A stretch of 64,000 nt of DNA from assembly GCF_037042905.1 (NCBI RefSeq), contig NC_087251.1, positions 7,566,001 through 7,630,000 on the forward strand, written 5' to 3'. The notes under the pieces were generated by a model. That model made no database searches. It saw only the letters and a program-made list of their open reading frames with translations, and was not told the DNA's origin. Of the stretch, positions 12,117 to 26,700 are shown piece after piece. Positions within the stretch are counted from its first letter, which is position 1. Each line of letters opens with the position of its first letter. Made by a program: the position numbers and the translations under genes. This DNA comes from Lytechinus pictus. Taxonomy: Eukaryota.

Positions 12117-12627
12117 GTAATACCACAGGTTTGTCAAGTAAAATACATTTAAATAGATTGCAAGATACATGCCACATCTATCAGATGCTAATTGCATTTA
12201 TTGCCAAAGTAATTAGTAGAGGCTACCTGTTTTGCACTACTATAAATCTGTTATTGTTAATGGAAAAAACCTCTTTTAGTTTTGAAACATTAAGTACTGG
12301 TCATTCTGGGCATTTGCCTAATTTCAACCTCCATTTGAACTACTTTCATTTTAATTCATATTTCAAATATAAAACTTTCAGTGTTAGGAGTAGGATGTTT
12401 TTCTAAATTATGATTGTATTGATACTTGCCAGTGAAGTGGAGTTTGTCCCATTATTTAATTATGAAATGTAAATGAATTGTATATATTTCGTTGATATAA
12501 TCATGATATTCATTTGACAAATATATATGTATATGTATCATAGTTTTGCATGAAAGATGATAATGTTGCATACATTTTTATATAAAAATTAAAAGAACTG
12601 TATATTTTCTGTTTGTTTTTGTTCTAG

Positions 12628-12786
12628 CGAACTCAATACATTTAGGGTCATTGCTAGCAGCTCATGGCTATTTCTTCCCCATTACGGATCATGTGCTTAC
12701 ACTGAAGGATGACAACACATTCTATAGGTTTCAAACACCTTACTTCTGGCCCTCAAATTGTTGGGAACCGGAAAACACAGATTATG
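12628..12786 (+). CDS. RGS7: RGS6/7-like exon (DEP domain C-terminal part)
   Basis: gttctag|CG...TATG|gtaagt; (A)[52 protein letters not shown], near-identical to RGS6/7. Confidence 0.97.
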
Positions 12787-15700
12787 GTAAGTTCATAGTC
12801 CCCCTATTCCAGTCAGAATTATAGACATGACAAGTTACATGAATAAAGGCATGTTTGTAATATTGATTAATATCACCTCTGATGTCCTGCACCTTGTAAC
12901 TGGAAGATAAAAAAACAGAAGTAGCATATCCGTTTTAAATGAGATAAAAGGAAGATGTTTCAAAATCACCATGGAAATCTAACATGATATTTCCTGATAA
13001 CATCCTATGACCCAATCAGACCTTTTTCTTTCCACTATAACGTGAGAGGTTTGTTTCTGTGTTAAGTTGGGTCAAAGAGATTTCCTTAATGCATTTGTAA
13101 ATTATTGAGTTTCTATTATCATACTGGTATATTCATGTTCTTTTTTTAATGGTGTGTTTTATACATTGGGGTTTAAAAAAAAAGCCCCAAACCCATGGGT
13201 TATCAATAATTTATGATAACTTAATCATAAATATAAGAGATGAATGACCTATTGTTGTAGAGGTTACGGTCTCTTTTATATGGTGTAAATCCGAGGATTC
13301 TTTATTCACAAATGAGTAAAGCAAATTTGAAGGAAGGATACATCAAACATGCATGAAGTCTCTGTTAACCATGTGATAGCTATTGTATGGAATCTGTGAA
13401 AATGCATTTATGAAATTATGGAAATAAAAGCAATATTTTCAACAAAAACAATTTTGTTAGTTCTTGACCATTCACTTTTGTTGAAGAATCAAATTGAAGA
13501 TCCTATATTAAACTTTTTAGACATGTGATTATTATTTTGAAATTCAGATACAGTCTTCCAAGTGACTGTTTTTGTCTCCTTTCTTCAAATTGTTTGTACT
13601 CACTCAATGAGGCATCATCAAATCTATTAAAGAACAGAGTCTAAGCTTTACAATTGTGGGTCATTTGTCTGTTGTGATTAAGTTCTGATAAATCATCAAT
13701 AGTTCTCTAGTTTAGTTTTCTCTGTGAAACACTTTAATACTTTATATTGACACAGTTGTGATGAATCCAAGATGCCTTGGGTTTCTGTTTTACATATATT
13801 TTTTATTTATTGAATGATGGGGCCCTTTATCAGCAAAATGCTCTTTTTGTAGGGGTTTCTGACATGTTTTAGCTTCATGCAATCTTCAAATATAAACTGT
13901 TTTTCTGCATATTTACTGCCAATGTATGAGATGTTTGTCATGGTTAGAGATACACTTCTCTGTATATTTCTGCTGGTACTGACTGTAGCTAATACTGTCA
14001 GTCAAGCAGATTACTCTGTTTGATTTGAGAGATTATACAGGTAAAGTAGCCTCGTGCTCTATGATGGACAGCCCATGCATAAAGGGTGGGGGAAGAACCT
14101 CAAGATCTTTTGCTTGGTGTCTATTGTATGCACAAGCTACAGTATTCAGTATTCCTTTAGTAGTGGTAGACTGAAATTTAGAGCATGTTTTTAGAGATAT
14201 CTCCTACAACTAAATATTTTATCTAGATATATGCTTTCGTTCATACCCCCAAACTTCTGACTGCTTGTTATAGCCTGATACAACACCATGATGCTGAGTG
14301 ATCCTCTATCTGATGAAAAACCTATTATAGATTAGTTATCTGATGATAGGTATAGTTAGTAGTATTGGGAAAAGGTATTTGTACTTATCTTCTGATGACT
14401 ATCGGGTTGATTGCACATCATTAATAATGCATTATTGGCCTCAACCACTCATCAAAATACTCTACACATGAACATTGAGCCAATTATACCATGTATAATG
14501 GCTCACTTTCTTTCACACTAGGGCATACTTACATCCAACAGAAAGTCTTGACTTACAGTTGATACAAGACCCCGGCTCTTTCTCAAAATTATTTTTATTT
14601 AATTTGATAAACAAATAAATTTAAAGAATATTGTAGTACCAGTAAACTTACAAAAGGAAGATGATGTAATATTTGCATTGGATAAACAGCTTCTCATGCT
14701 AATGTGTTATGAAGGTAGAAGTCAGATATTTACCTTTAACCTGCTTATAAATGTTAATACTTCATTTATTTAGTAATTACTGATGTACACCACTAAGCGC
14801 ATATGTGCAATAAATGTGGAATATTAGGGTTATACATGGTGGTACACAGCGGGGGGGGGGGTGCAGGGGGCAGTTCCTCCCATATATTTTCAGAACTTAC
14901 CTTTTTTAAACTGAAAAGACCAGGGTAATGATAATTACAATGTAAATCATAGGAAGCGCTATATAAAATAATGTAACTATTATTATTATTTATTATTATA
15001 AATGGAAGCTGAGAGGGGGAGTAGAAGAAATACGCATTGAAAAAAATGGATCTTCAGGTTGCTATATTCCAGAGTTTGCCTTCATACCACACTACTTTGA
15101 AGATATATGCTTTGTTTTGATGTACATGTCACTAATAAAGCACACTCTCCACAGCATTTCATGAACTCTTTGCATTGTCACTATATCCATACTGTGTACA
15201 TGCAAATCTATTTTTTGCATCATTATATGGCCATTAAATCATAAAGCTGCTCAGGAGGTGGGTTAAATGAAATAATGTATGTAAGCATGCCTGGAATGTC
15301 ATGTATGTCAGACAGCCACATCCCTGTGGTTTGTTTTATTTGTTTGAAGCCCTTATCCTAACAGGTGCACAACTGTTACACACAAAGTTATATCTTGTTA
15401 TATGAAGGAGTAACTGCCTGCGGGCTTATGATTCAAGGGATGTTCATCATGCTATTTCTAGTTGTGAATTGGGCTTTCATAAAACATTTTCTCTTTACAT
15501 GCAGACTTTACATTGAAAAAAAAGATATTGTGTGGTAATGGTCAAATACGAATATTGAATTTTATGATCATGTAGTTATTAGTGGAGAGCAAGTTTTCAA
15601 ATATACGCTGTTAAGGTTAGGCAAAAAATCTGGACCTTGCAAAAATGAAAAATGATAGAACAGGGATAAGGAGGTTATGGGGTTAATAGTCCGGGGTTAA

Positions 15701-16420
15701 GAAAACGTGAGAAAAGGGTAATTGAGAGGAAAGGGTGTATCATTGGATATGACATGTTTATCAATGACAAGCTGAATTGCATAAGAATAAAGCTACAGAT
15801 GCGGTGCTTGTTTGTAGAGCAGAGCTATTAAGTATACTGTTTATTTTGTCCTACACCTGCTACCCTAGAAATCTGGTTAAAGTTTGGCTATCATGCTATC
15901 CCTTTTTTACCAATTAAATTGGGAAAGAATATACTCACACAAAGAGTTAGATCTGAAACTGAGCACTTTACATCACATCTCACAATCCGCTTGCAACCAA
16001 TTATCTCTAAAGAGCAAATACATGGTTTAAGCGCCTTTGGGGAAAAAAGAACATGCTGAGATAGGTGAAGTGGTGTAAAGACACATTAAGCATTGATAAT
16101 TTTTGTATTACTGATTTAGTTGAGTATGATAAATGGTATATGAGGATGTCATGATCGAAGCATCAATGTCAACATACTTGAAAGATGAACATTGAAATAT
16201 ATTGCATTTTTGGATATGAATGATAGGATTTGCTTTTAATACAGACCATTAAAAAACAACACACTGACATTTGAAGGAAAATGCTGTATCAAGGAGGAAA
16301 CTTATGATTTTCTCTATGTTCATTTCATATTTGTGTTTCATTCTAAGTTAAACCTTTGTATGGTGAAAATATAAGTTCAATGAAGAGTTTTTTTTCTCAA
16401 CTTGCCAGAGTTACATATAT

Positions 16421-16710
16421 ATGGACAAATATTGTATAGTTTGTTTTACAGAACACTGTTTCTTTCTAGGGCAAATGTTGGTCCTTAAAAGGACTATCCA
16501 AACTCAACGTTTCGACGAGTGTGTTCTTGTCGTCTCTGAAGACGACAAGAACACACTTTCACTCACACTTACACTCTATCAGTGTAAGTTTTATTTTACG
16601 TCAAGTTTGGGTTGTCCTTTTCAGGACCAACATTTGCCCTAGAAAGATACATGGTGTTCCATGAAACCTACTACACTATTCTTCTTTGCCATGGAAACCT
16701 TCAGAAGTTA
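16421..16710. mobile_element. Palindromic Penelope-like terminal-repeat remnant
   Basis: Inverted arms TCTTTCTAGGGCAAATGTTGGTCCT / AGGACCAACATTTGCCCTAGAAAGA around a core with AACGTTTCGAC and CTGAAGACGAC motifs. Confidence 0.55.
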
Positions 16711-17089
16711 AAAATATTGTGCTTTACCCCCTTTAAAGACCCATACCGGACCTAACAGTGAATTTAACAAATGGGATATACATACAAACTACATACTTCA
16801 TCAGTGTAAGTTTTATGCATATTGACTGCTTGACAGCTTAGTATTTTGCTTAAGAATAATAATTTTAAACAGCTTTCAACATTTGGCTTTCTTGTGCTTT
16901 TCACAGGCCTCAGGACCATGATATCAGGTTGTGTTAGAAGCTTTGTGATGGTCTAGGTTTTACACAGAAAAAACTGGGGGATTTTTCTGCTTTTCACATA
17001 TGAATTCATTTTTTTTATTTCCAGTAGAAAATGACACTGACAATTATTCAGATCTCAAAAGGATTGAAACCTTCAACTTTTCATTAGGT

Positions 17090-17520
17090 TTTTAGTGATT
17101 TAATTGTTTTACTCTTATTGGGCCTAAATTGCTATGATGTAAGGGAAAATTGTTATACATAATCTGAATGCAGATAGAATAGGAAAGCTGCGCAAAATAA
17201 GTGAGAAATAAAATATGGCATGAAGTATTCCTAAGTTGTAGATTTCAAAAATTCATGCTTGCAGGAATAGATATTTGTGATATCTTTAAGTGATTGAAGT
17301 TAACAAAATAAAATGCATAATTTATAAAGAGGAAAATTAATTCAATTTTCATGTGTACTAAGCTATGGAATCACAGTGCTTCTAATTCAACAAGACGTTG
17401 TGGTCTTGATGCTGGTGAAAAGCACAAGATATCCAATCCTGATAATTGGGGATATTCTTAAGCAATAACTCAGCTGTTAGGTGGTGAAAATGCACAAAGC
17501 TTGTAATTATGTGTTAAGTA
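17090..17520 (+). repeat. Old dispersed repeat, copy 1 (copy 2 at ~23120-23550)
   Basis: Colinear similarity, e.g. ATTGGGCCTAAATTGCTATG vs ATTGGGCCAAATTTGCTATG; both end CACAAAGCTTG...GTGTTAAGTAGT. Confidence 0.6.
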
Positions 17521-20342
17521 GTTTATAAGCTTTTGTCACTTTCAATTTTGATCATAGTGAAATTTCCATGCTTCATTTTACAAAAATGATACACAGAAAT
17601 AAAGGCATAGTGTGAAAGCCTATTATAAGTTTTGGTAAATCCTCCTACACTGCAGGTCATTGCTCTAAAACATTTATGATACAAGTGGATGATTTGAAAA
17701 ACTTAGTGTTTTATCGGATAAATCTTGTGATGTTACATGAATATTTAATTTGATTGGATGCCCAATGAAAATAAAAATTTCTTCATTTTTTTTCTTTTAG
17801 ACCTCTCTCAATGTATGTAATATGCTGCAAATTTAATCAGGGTATAATATATAACTTTCTGATGTTCAATCACTAAATTTGGAAGATGAGTGCTCAAATT
17901 GCCCTATTTTGAAAGAAAATAAAGCATAGTAGTGCTAGATATCTCAGAATGGAATATTTAATTTTTACAGATGAAAAAAAAATTAACAGCTACTACACTT
18001 CTGTAAGACTGGCATATTAGTGTACTTGAGTATATATTTCAATGATATCTTAGACAAAGCTTTAGCCAACTTGACTTTTGGATAACATTGGGTTCATTGT
18101 AAATTGGTTCATTAGATATATAACGTTGCATTTTTTGTTGACAGGATGTTGTGTCATTTTGTTCATGGTGACTTTAATGACGCAAAACACACATTCAAAA
18201 CAAAATTATTCATTGCACAGGGTGTTGACTTTTTATTTCATGATCAAATATGTGAATAGCATTGACCACACCCTTATCATGAAATACAGGGAATTGAAAA
18301 AATAAATAAATATCAAACTCAAGCTTTACAGATGCCATAACAATATTTGGTATGAATATGTATCTGAATATAATGGTATATTTCCATATGATCTAATATC
18401 ACTGGAATAATATGCTTTATCAAGAATGTCAGTGTCCAAAATTGGAGCTAAGTTCAACATCAGCCTAAGCTAGGATGTCAGTCGACTTGACTTCAGTTTA
18501 AAACCAGAGACCTTTGCTTTCATGACTAAATTCATGCATGCAGGAAGTGATCATGCTAGCAGAAGAACCTCAAGGCATTTTTGTTTTTATGACAGTCGGG
18601 TATAATGCATGCATGCTGATTAGACTACACTAGGGCTTAGATGAAACTAGTAACAAGCATCTAGCTATTATCCTTACTCTCCTCTTCATCTCCAGTTTTC
18701 ATATACACCTTGTATTGTAGGTGATTGAATTCATCACCCTATGAAAGCTATTTGGAGCTCTGTGTACATGCAGGTCTGTACAGTCACCATGTATCCTAAC
18801 AAAGTCAGCAGGCAAACTGACTGATAAATATATTTCCCTGTATGGCTGGTACAAACTAAGAGCAATCCATTGAAAATAGGTTCTATTTTTTAGGAAGAAT
18901 GTTATAAAATGCAGCATTTTGAATGTAATACCAGAATGATAACTAGAAGTATTGTTCAAGAATCGATAAAAAAAAATTCTTTGTAAAAATCATAGATACA
19001 GTCATTAAGACATTTAGTTATTTCTTTTGGTCCCTCATAAAATGCTGCTCGAACTTTTAAGGTGGTTTATATTTGAGCGTCAAAACCATTTTGTTGAAAT
19101 ATCAGAAATTTAGCAAACAATGAATATTAATATTTCATAGTTACAAGTTCTGTATTTAATATATAGGGCTTTCAGTTTATGGGAATTGCACTCCTTTTAA
19201 AAGAAATAATTAAAAGCCTATTGGACAGTACAGGTTTCATACAGGCCTATAAAATGGTCAGCTTTCAGATACACTGGTATATCATTGAACGATACAATAT
19301 ATAGTATACAATAAGTGAAAATGGAAACCATTTCAGATGCAACTGCCCTACAATATATTATGTCATATATCAAAACAACCACTCTATAGGAAAATTCAGA
19401 TGTAAAAGTCCTATACTTATTCTTCATTTAAAACCAGAGTTTTAACAAATCCCAGCATTTTCACAAATTAAGTAAATGGGTATTGAATCATGTGTAGAGT
19501 GTACACCTTTGTGTACATGCTTGAATAGAATATTTCTAGATACTACGAATACCTATTATTATTATAGATATGTCAGATTTTTTTAAATAATGGCATATGA
19601 GAGGCATTCTTAAGTAAATTGCATGCATGGTTCACTTAATGATTTCACAATGAGAAAGTGTAATCTTTTTAAGATTATGTTTATGATAAAATATAACATT
19701 TGAGGAATGAATATAAATGTTTGAGATTTTTTTTCTGGTTTGATGAGTAAAAAATGTCGTTGTTACTGGTCTCTGTAGGAGATCCACAGCATTAATTTAA
19801 TAAAACTATGTCAAAATCCTCCTAGGGAAAACTTGCTTTTATATATAACATTGAGAGAAAGCCCTAAACCTATATATCTCTCCCATGGGCAAACTAAAGT
19901 AGCAAATTAATTTCTGCCACCTTCCAAGCTCCCTTATAGGGTAACACAGTGCTGCATTTTAATTAATTTTCAATTCAAGCTCCACGTCATCTTAGGCTAG
20001 TTTAATAAATCGTTAGCACAGTTATCATCTGTACAGTTGTTAAATTCTCATTCTGTATCAACCCAATGTTCATCATGTAAAAGACACACACATCAATTTT
20101 CTCAGTACAAGGTTGTAATTTATGTAAGGTTTTACAAATACAGTGGCTGTCTAGGCTTAATTCAGAGGCTTTCTCTTCAGTGTATAGGTTGAAGGAATAT
20201 AGTGCTTAGGAATGGTATTAGTAATAGTAGACAAGGTTTATACTAGCTATATCAGGAGAATAAGTAGATGTAAAAACAGAAAATGAATAAGAGGAAGTAT
20301 TAGATGGAGTATAAATAGGAATAGAAGTGGTAATAGAATCAA

Positions 20343-20389
20343 GAAGTAGCAGTAGTAGTAGTAATAGTAGTAGTAGTAGTAGTGGAAGC

Positions 20390-20433
<44 letters not shown>

Positions 20434-20590
20434 AAGAAGTAGTAGCAGTAGCAGTAGCAGTAGTAGTAGTAGTAGTTGTAGTAGAAGTAGTAGCAATAGT
20501 AGAAGTAGATGTAAAAGTAGAATTAGAAGTAGTAGTAGTAATAGCGTTGTTGTATTAGTAGTAGTAGTATTAGTAGCAGAGTAGTAGTTG
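20343..20590 (+). repeat. Imperfect (AGT)n microsatellite
   Basis: Visible directly; it produces the poly-Ser and poly-Leu ORFs. Confidence 0.95.
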
Positions 20591-22775
20591 TTGTTATATT
20601 TATATAGCAGTATTACACTTTTTGTGAACTACAATACAAAAAAAAAGTTTTTTTATTCTGTTTGATAACTGTATGAAATAAAATAGCATATTATTAAGCA
20701 AAAGTGATTGTCATTAGTAGTGGTAGTAGTTTTCTCTGGATCAGTTAAGAAGTACTTATCAGTAAAGTAACAGTTACAAATGGGTTAACTTTTAGAGATC
20801 AAGGACAATTTAAGGGAGAAAAAACCCTGTGTAATTATGAACATGATTTCCAATGCTTGCATTTCAAAGGTTTATTCTGAAAGAAGATGCTAATTGGTAC
20901 TGTCATAAATGACTCATAATAATGGCATATATATAATTTTTAATTTTCATACATGTACATCCATTTCTTTTGCTAGTTAGATTTTTAAATCATATTAGAC
21001 CATTTCATTTTCTGATGTTCTTATGTCCTTAAGGACAGTCTTGATCCTTTGCAGATGAAAAACATAACGTTAAAATAACCTTAGGGGTTCATTCACAAAT
21101 GAAAATAAGCTAGAATATGAAGTTTACTACCAATTTATGTTATATTTACTAGTATTTTGTGTCACAAATGTTGAAATGATGTTTTACATGAATTTTCTAT
21201 CTCACCATGTGTATTGACTATTTCACACCCCACACCTACACACACATGCACACACAAAGAAAACCACCACTCTCTATCATCATTTGTGTAAATTAGTATT
21301 TGGTTTGAGGGAGGGGGGGGCATAAGGTAACCAATTAAATGAGCAGATTCTTCTCAAAGAAATAATTTGATACCATTGTACAGGATTTTAAACCATGCAT
21401 ACATATTTCTTGAAACTTTTTGAAATCGAAAGAGTCAAGCTGTTTTATTGTAAACATTACTTGGTTAAAATTACAATTAATCTGTCTATAACATACATAC
21501 CATTAACAGAATACATGGTAGTGTGCAATAATATACACTTGGGGTGTAGATACACATGCAGTTGATATTTGAATACGGTATAGAATATTTTAAAGAATTA
21601 AAAGAAAGTAAGATATTTTTCATTCTTACAGGAACGCTGCAAACTGAAGACTAATAATGCAATCAATATTGTATATAATTTAACGTCTTTTAGTAAGCTT
21701 CATGGAATTTTCCCCAAAATGCAAATGGTTCAGGTGACCTCAAGTTTAAAGATATATCAGATTTTAGACATGAAATGTAAACTTCATTCTGAGATGGATA
21801 GAGTGGTACATGAAATGTTTATATTGAATGTATTTGAATTAGAATGGCAAGGTTATTATTTTACATGACTATAATCATGAAATCATTGCATTTGTTGTGT
21901 TTTCAAAGTAACATTAATTTTGCTGGCAAAGTCATGTCACATTGTGAACAAATAGGATAAAAGTGTATCATTGAATTTTTGTGTTTTCATGTCAAAAGTT
22001 ACTCATTGGTTTTCCTTCAAATCTTAAAAAAAAATAAACATAGAAAATAAGCTTTAAAAAATGATCTTTCTCAGTAAATGAAAATTCATTCATTTTTCCT
22101 GTTTTAATGAGGTAATAACTAATATTCTGCTATGAATATGCTATTCAAAGCTAGATTTTTTTTTTAGATGTGGGCTCATCCATAGCTTTGCAAAATGTGA
22201 ATGTGTGGGTGTGTATGGGATTTGTCTTGATATATTTCGTTTACTTTCATACTTTAATTCAACAAATGAAACATACAATTAAGACTTTAATACCAATATG
22301 ATTACTAACACAACATGAATATAGACAATGTTGAAATATTTTATCAAAATATGCAAATATGAATATGGATGGATTATCTATTGCTTTGTCAAACATCTAT
22401 TAACAGCTAGAGGCTTATCAGGGGCAATGCATAAAAACAAAATAAAACACAATAACAACAAGAACTCATAACAATTAGATGGCAGAGAAAGAGAGATGGA
22501 AAAGAGAAAAGTATGTGTTTGTCATGCCCAAAGCTACTTAGAACTTATCTGTATAAATTATATTTAATTTTTGTATTGCAGAGGTGGTAATAAAAGAAAT
22601 TGGTAATAATAATACACAGCTCTTTAAACGTTTCTATGTAGTCATGCTTTGTAATCAGTGTGTATATCATTTCTCTGCCATAGTTCTATCATTGCATGTT
22701 TATCTAAGTCTTTTAATGAAAGTTCAATTATTATTTGTAAATGTGATTATTAATTTGTTTTCTTCATTATTACAG

Positions 22776-22840
22776 CGGTATACTTGTGCAAACGAACTAT
22801 GCAAAACAAATCAAGGCTAGAACTGGCAGATTATGAAGCA
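22776..22840 (+). CDS. RGS7: RGS6/7-like exon (DHEX domain)
   Basis: ttacag|CG...GCA|gtaagt; (A)[21 protein letters not shown]. Confidence 0.96.
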
Positions 22841-23674
22841 GTAAGTATAGTATACAAGTATTTGATAGTACAATTTTTTCATTTATTTCTAAGCCATTTT
22901 AATGGAACAAGTAGATACACTGCTGTTTTTTATAACATGAAAACTGTCTGAAATTTTCTTGATTTAGTTTTACTATTACCATAATCAAGACCAGTAAAAG
23001 TGAAATTAATAAATGGGAAATACATAAGCTATATAGTGCAACAAAAGTTTTATACATATTCACCGGGAGACAGCTAGTATTTTTCATAAGAAAAACGGCA
23101 ATACTTCATTATTTTTTGTGTGATTTTATTGTTAGGCTCTCATTGGGCCAAATTTGCTATGTCAGGAAAGATTGTTGCATATAATCTTAAAGCAGAAAGA
23201 ATTGTAAGCTGCAACAAATAAGCAGGTAAAGAAATATAACAAAAACTGGTCTAATGCTGTAATGATTTCATCAATTCAGAGTTTTCAGGAAAAGTTATTT
23301 ATAATATCTCTATCTGATAGAAGTGAAGAAAATAAGATGCGTAATCTGAAAAGCAGAAATATCACCCTGTTTATCTGTGTGCAATCCTATGAAATCACAA
23401 CACTTTTGACACAACATGGCATTGCAGTCTTAAGGCCGGTGAAAATCCGCAAGAAAGCAACTTTTCAAAGCTTGATAATTGGAGCTTTTCTTCAAATTTC
23501 TCAGCTGGAAAGCGATAAAAATTCACAAAGCTTGCATTGCGGTGTTAAGTAGTAGTGTAACAATAATTCATGTTAGTATTTATTCACATTGTGTTTATCT
23601 TCTTTTACAGATTAACATTTTATTTTGTAACTACAATTAGTTATTACAGTCCTGTTTTTTCTTTCCTCACTAAG

Positions 23675-23751
23675 GAAAATCTGGCCAAACTGCAGCGAAT
23701 GTTTTCCAGAAAATGGGAATTCATTTTCATGCAAGCAGAAGCACAAGCAAA
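23675..23751 (+). CDS. RGS7: RGS6/7-like exon (DHEX domain)
   Basis: cactaag|GAA...GCAAA|gtaagt; [25 protein letters not shown](K); AAG acceptor; phase 0 in, phase 2 out. Confidence 0.96.
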
Positions 23752-26700
23752 GTAAGTGTTACTGTCATTAAATTCCTCATTACTTAAATTTTTTTTCTAT
23801 AACAATTTGTATCAAGCATGAATTAAATAACTGCTGTTTTCTTATTCTGTTTCACATGCATTGAGATAAATAACAACCTTGTGTTTATTGTAGCCTTGCA
23901 AATTTTCAGCAAAACATTGACATAGGCAGAGTAGATAGTACACTGATTGAAATACTTTGAGTATCATAAACATGAAATTTGCACCTTGTTTTTCTGCTTC
24001 TCTTCCTGTACATGTTTGTCATGAATAATCATGATAATAACGTAATTCTTATTTTGTGCATATCACAATGTGTGCTTCCAAACAACTTTACCATTATTTT
24101 AGACATCCTTATTTATTGTACTACAGAGTTTGTCGTTTTTGAAACCTTACAGTGTTTTTCCAAAAAGAGATCAATGCAAAGTATTATTTCATGCGTTAAA
24201 ATGCTTATCAATATCAAAATAGTTTAAAGTGCGTAATAAATCCATCTTAAAAATAAATCTGTCATTAACTGATGGAAAACATAAAAAGGTTTATTCAACA
24301 AGGATACTGTGAATGTCTTTTGATTGTACTTTCTTGTTTTTCTCTATAGCAGCTTGTTTACAAGTCTAAAAGAAGAATCATGTCAACAATAAACAAACAA
24401 GAGGGTTAGTTTTATGGGGTAAACAAGCTACTAAAGTTATACAAGAAGGGACGCTTAAAGACGTTTTCAATTCATCAATGTAGTTTCATTTATTGGAGAA
24501 AATACCTTTGGAAGGTTCGTCATCGGGGGTTTATCTTTACTCAATTTACCTATATTATGGGAGCATTTAAGAGTGAAGTACTAACTTTATAGTGGCTCCT
24601 GAAGTAGTTCAATAGTTTTGTGGCAATCAATCCAAATTTCCTTTATAAAAGAGAACACAACAGTTCATTAATATATGAATAGGGTGAATTTCTCTAAAAA
24701 GATGCCATGGTAATGAACTATGAGATTCAACATCAGAAGCAAGACCATCTCTTATCTTCATACAAGACAACTACGTCACATGACCCTACGCCATTGCTGC
24801 GGCTTCTCGTCTTCATAATGGAAATGCTTGGCAAGAGCTTGGGGGCATCACACGCTTACATGTAGACTACAGCACACACACAGATAAACACACGCAATGT
24901 ATGAGACACTCGCATTTATACACTTACTCATTCCCACTTGCATGCTAATGCTAACACACACTCACACTCTCTCTATCTCTCTCTCCCACACACACACACA
25001 CACTCAAAGCAGACCAGACCTGGTAGATGATAAGGCATAGTGTAGTTCAGTACACAGACATACATTCTGTCTACCAAAGCTTGCTTGGCCAGCCGCAAGG
25101 AGGCTCTGAATGTCATTTTAAATGCGTGAGACACATGCTACTGAATGCAATGCAAAACTATACTTGCTAACCTTCCCTCCTTCTCTATACACCCTTGTTG
25201 AATTTAAGATCAAATCTTACATCTCTAATGGTGGATGTCTGATAACATGAAACTACAAATTGCTGATTATAAAGGGAAAAGAGAGATATTTAGGAGACAT
25301 GAAAAGTGGATCTGTCAGCTAAACCAACATAAATTGAAATTTATAGTAAATAGCTCATATTATTGAACTGGAGTATAATAGCATAGACAGGGCAAGCTCT
25401 TATTGAATTCATGAAACTTAACTATCAACTGTCATTGAATGTTGCCTCAAAAGCCATTTCCTCATGTAAAATTAAATAGAAATGAGATGAATGTAATTTT
25501 TTTTTTAATTGTGCGTTGCAGACTTAATATAAGCTGCTATTTTACTCATTTCCCATGAAGCTTGATGTTACTATCAAATATCTATTTCATGTAATCAGGT
25601 TTGGGATGTTCAGAAGAAAAGGCCACTTTACAATCTTATACCTCTATGGAGATGCATATATTTTTTAATACATGCTATGATTCTGGGACTCAAATCATTA
25701 TGTGAGCCATAAACATAACACATGGTGTGATGAATTGAATATAAATATGGGTGACTTTAACTGAACATGACCTCTGTATAAACTGACAATATTTCAGTTA
25801 AAAGTTTCAATTTAGATTAAAATGTTTTGGTAAAAACCTTTGTATTACAGTAGTTACGCTATTGATATACCCTGAAAATAACTTCATAAATAATGTCTTA
25901 TTATTTTGTCAAAATCTGTAAATGTTGCATTTCTATTGTAAATGACATTCTTATGAGGTTGAAATTATATGTGAATATTAGGGGAAACAGACATTAAAGG
26001 AACTATTGGTCTGCACCCCCCCCCTTCTACTAAAGATGTACACTGACAATGATCTGGATGTCATTGACAGTAAAGTTAGACCCTTATTCTGCATAGTTCA
26101 AGAATTGGAAACCTTTTATAATTGGTACAATCATTTTTTAATAAAAAAATAAAAGAATACCCTGTAATAATGTTTAGTGTGCGATGGATTTACACCAAAA
26201 TAATCGTCTGAAGTTACACAACATCATGATTGCATCTGAATAGGAATAGATCTACTTTTTTCTGAATCACCATGTACATTTTCTACAACATTTGTCAGTT
26301 TATAGATATTTCTGAATATTATGATATCATAATTATGATAAATCATTATTGCTGTAAAGAGCAGTAGTAGTAGAAATTAGTATTTGTATTATTATTATCA
26401 TTATCATTATTACATAATTAATAATTCAATATATGAAATCTAATAAAGATATGAACATTGTTCAGAAAAGAATGTTCATTCTTGAACACAACACTAATAA
26501 ACAAATAACACAATTCTCAACACATTATTAAATATTCAAAGAGCAGAGTACTTAAATAATGGACAAGTCAATAAAATGAAAGTACCCATGATACATTGCA
26601 TTTGGTGGATTATTTTTAGGAAAACGCTAGCAAAAATGAAGAAATATTTGAAGCAATTTGAGACTGTGTAATACATTCATAGACTGAGGCATGTGCCTAT

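Noticed and set aside
20218..20584. Poly-Leu and poly-Ser ORFs
   Set aside because: Translations of an (AGT)n microsatellite.
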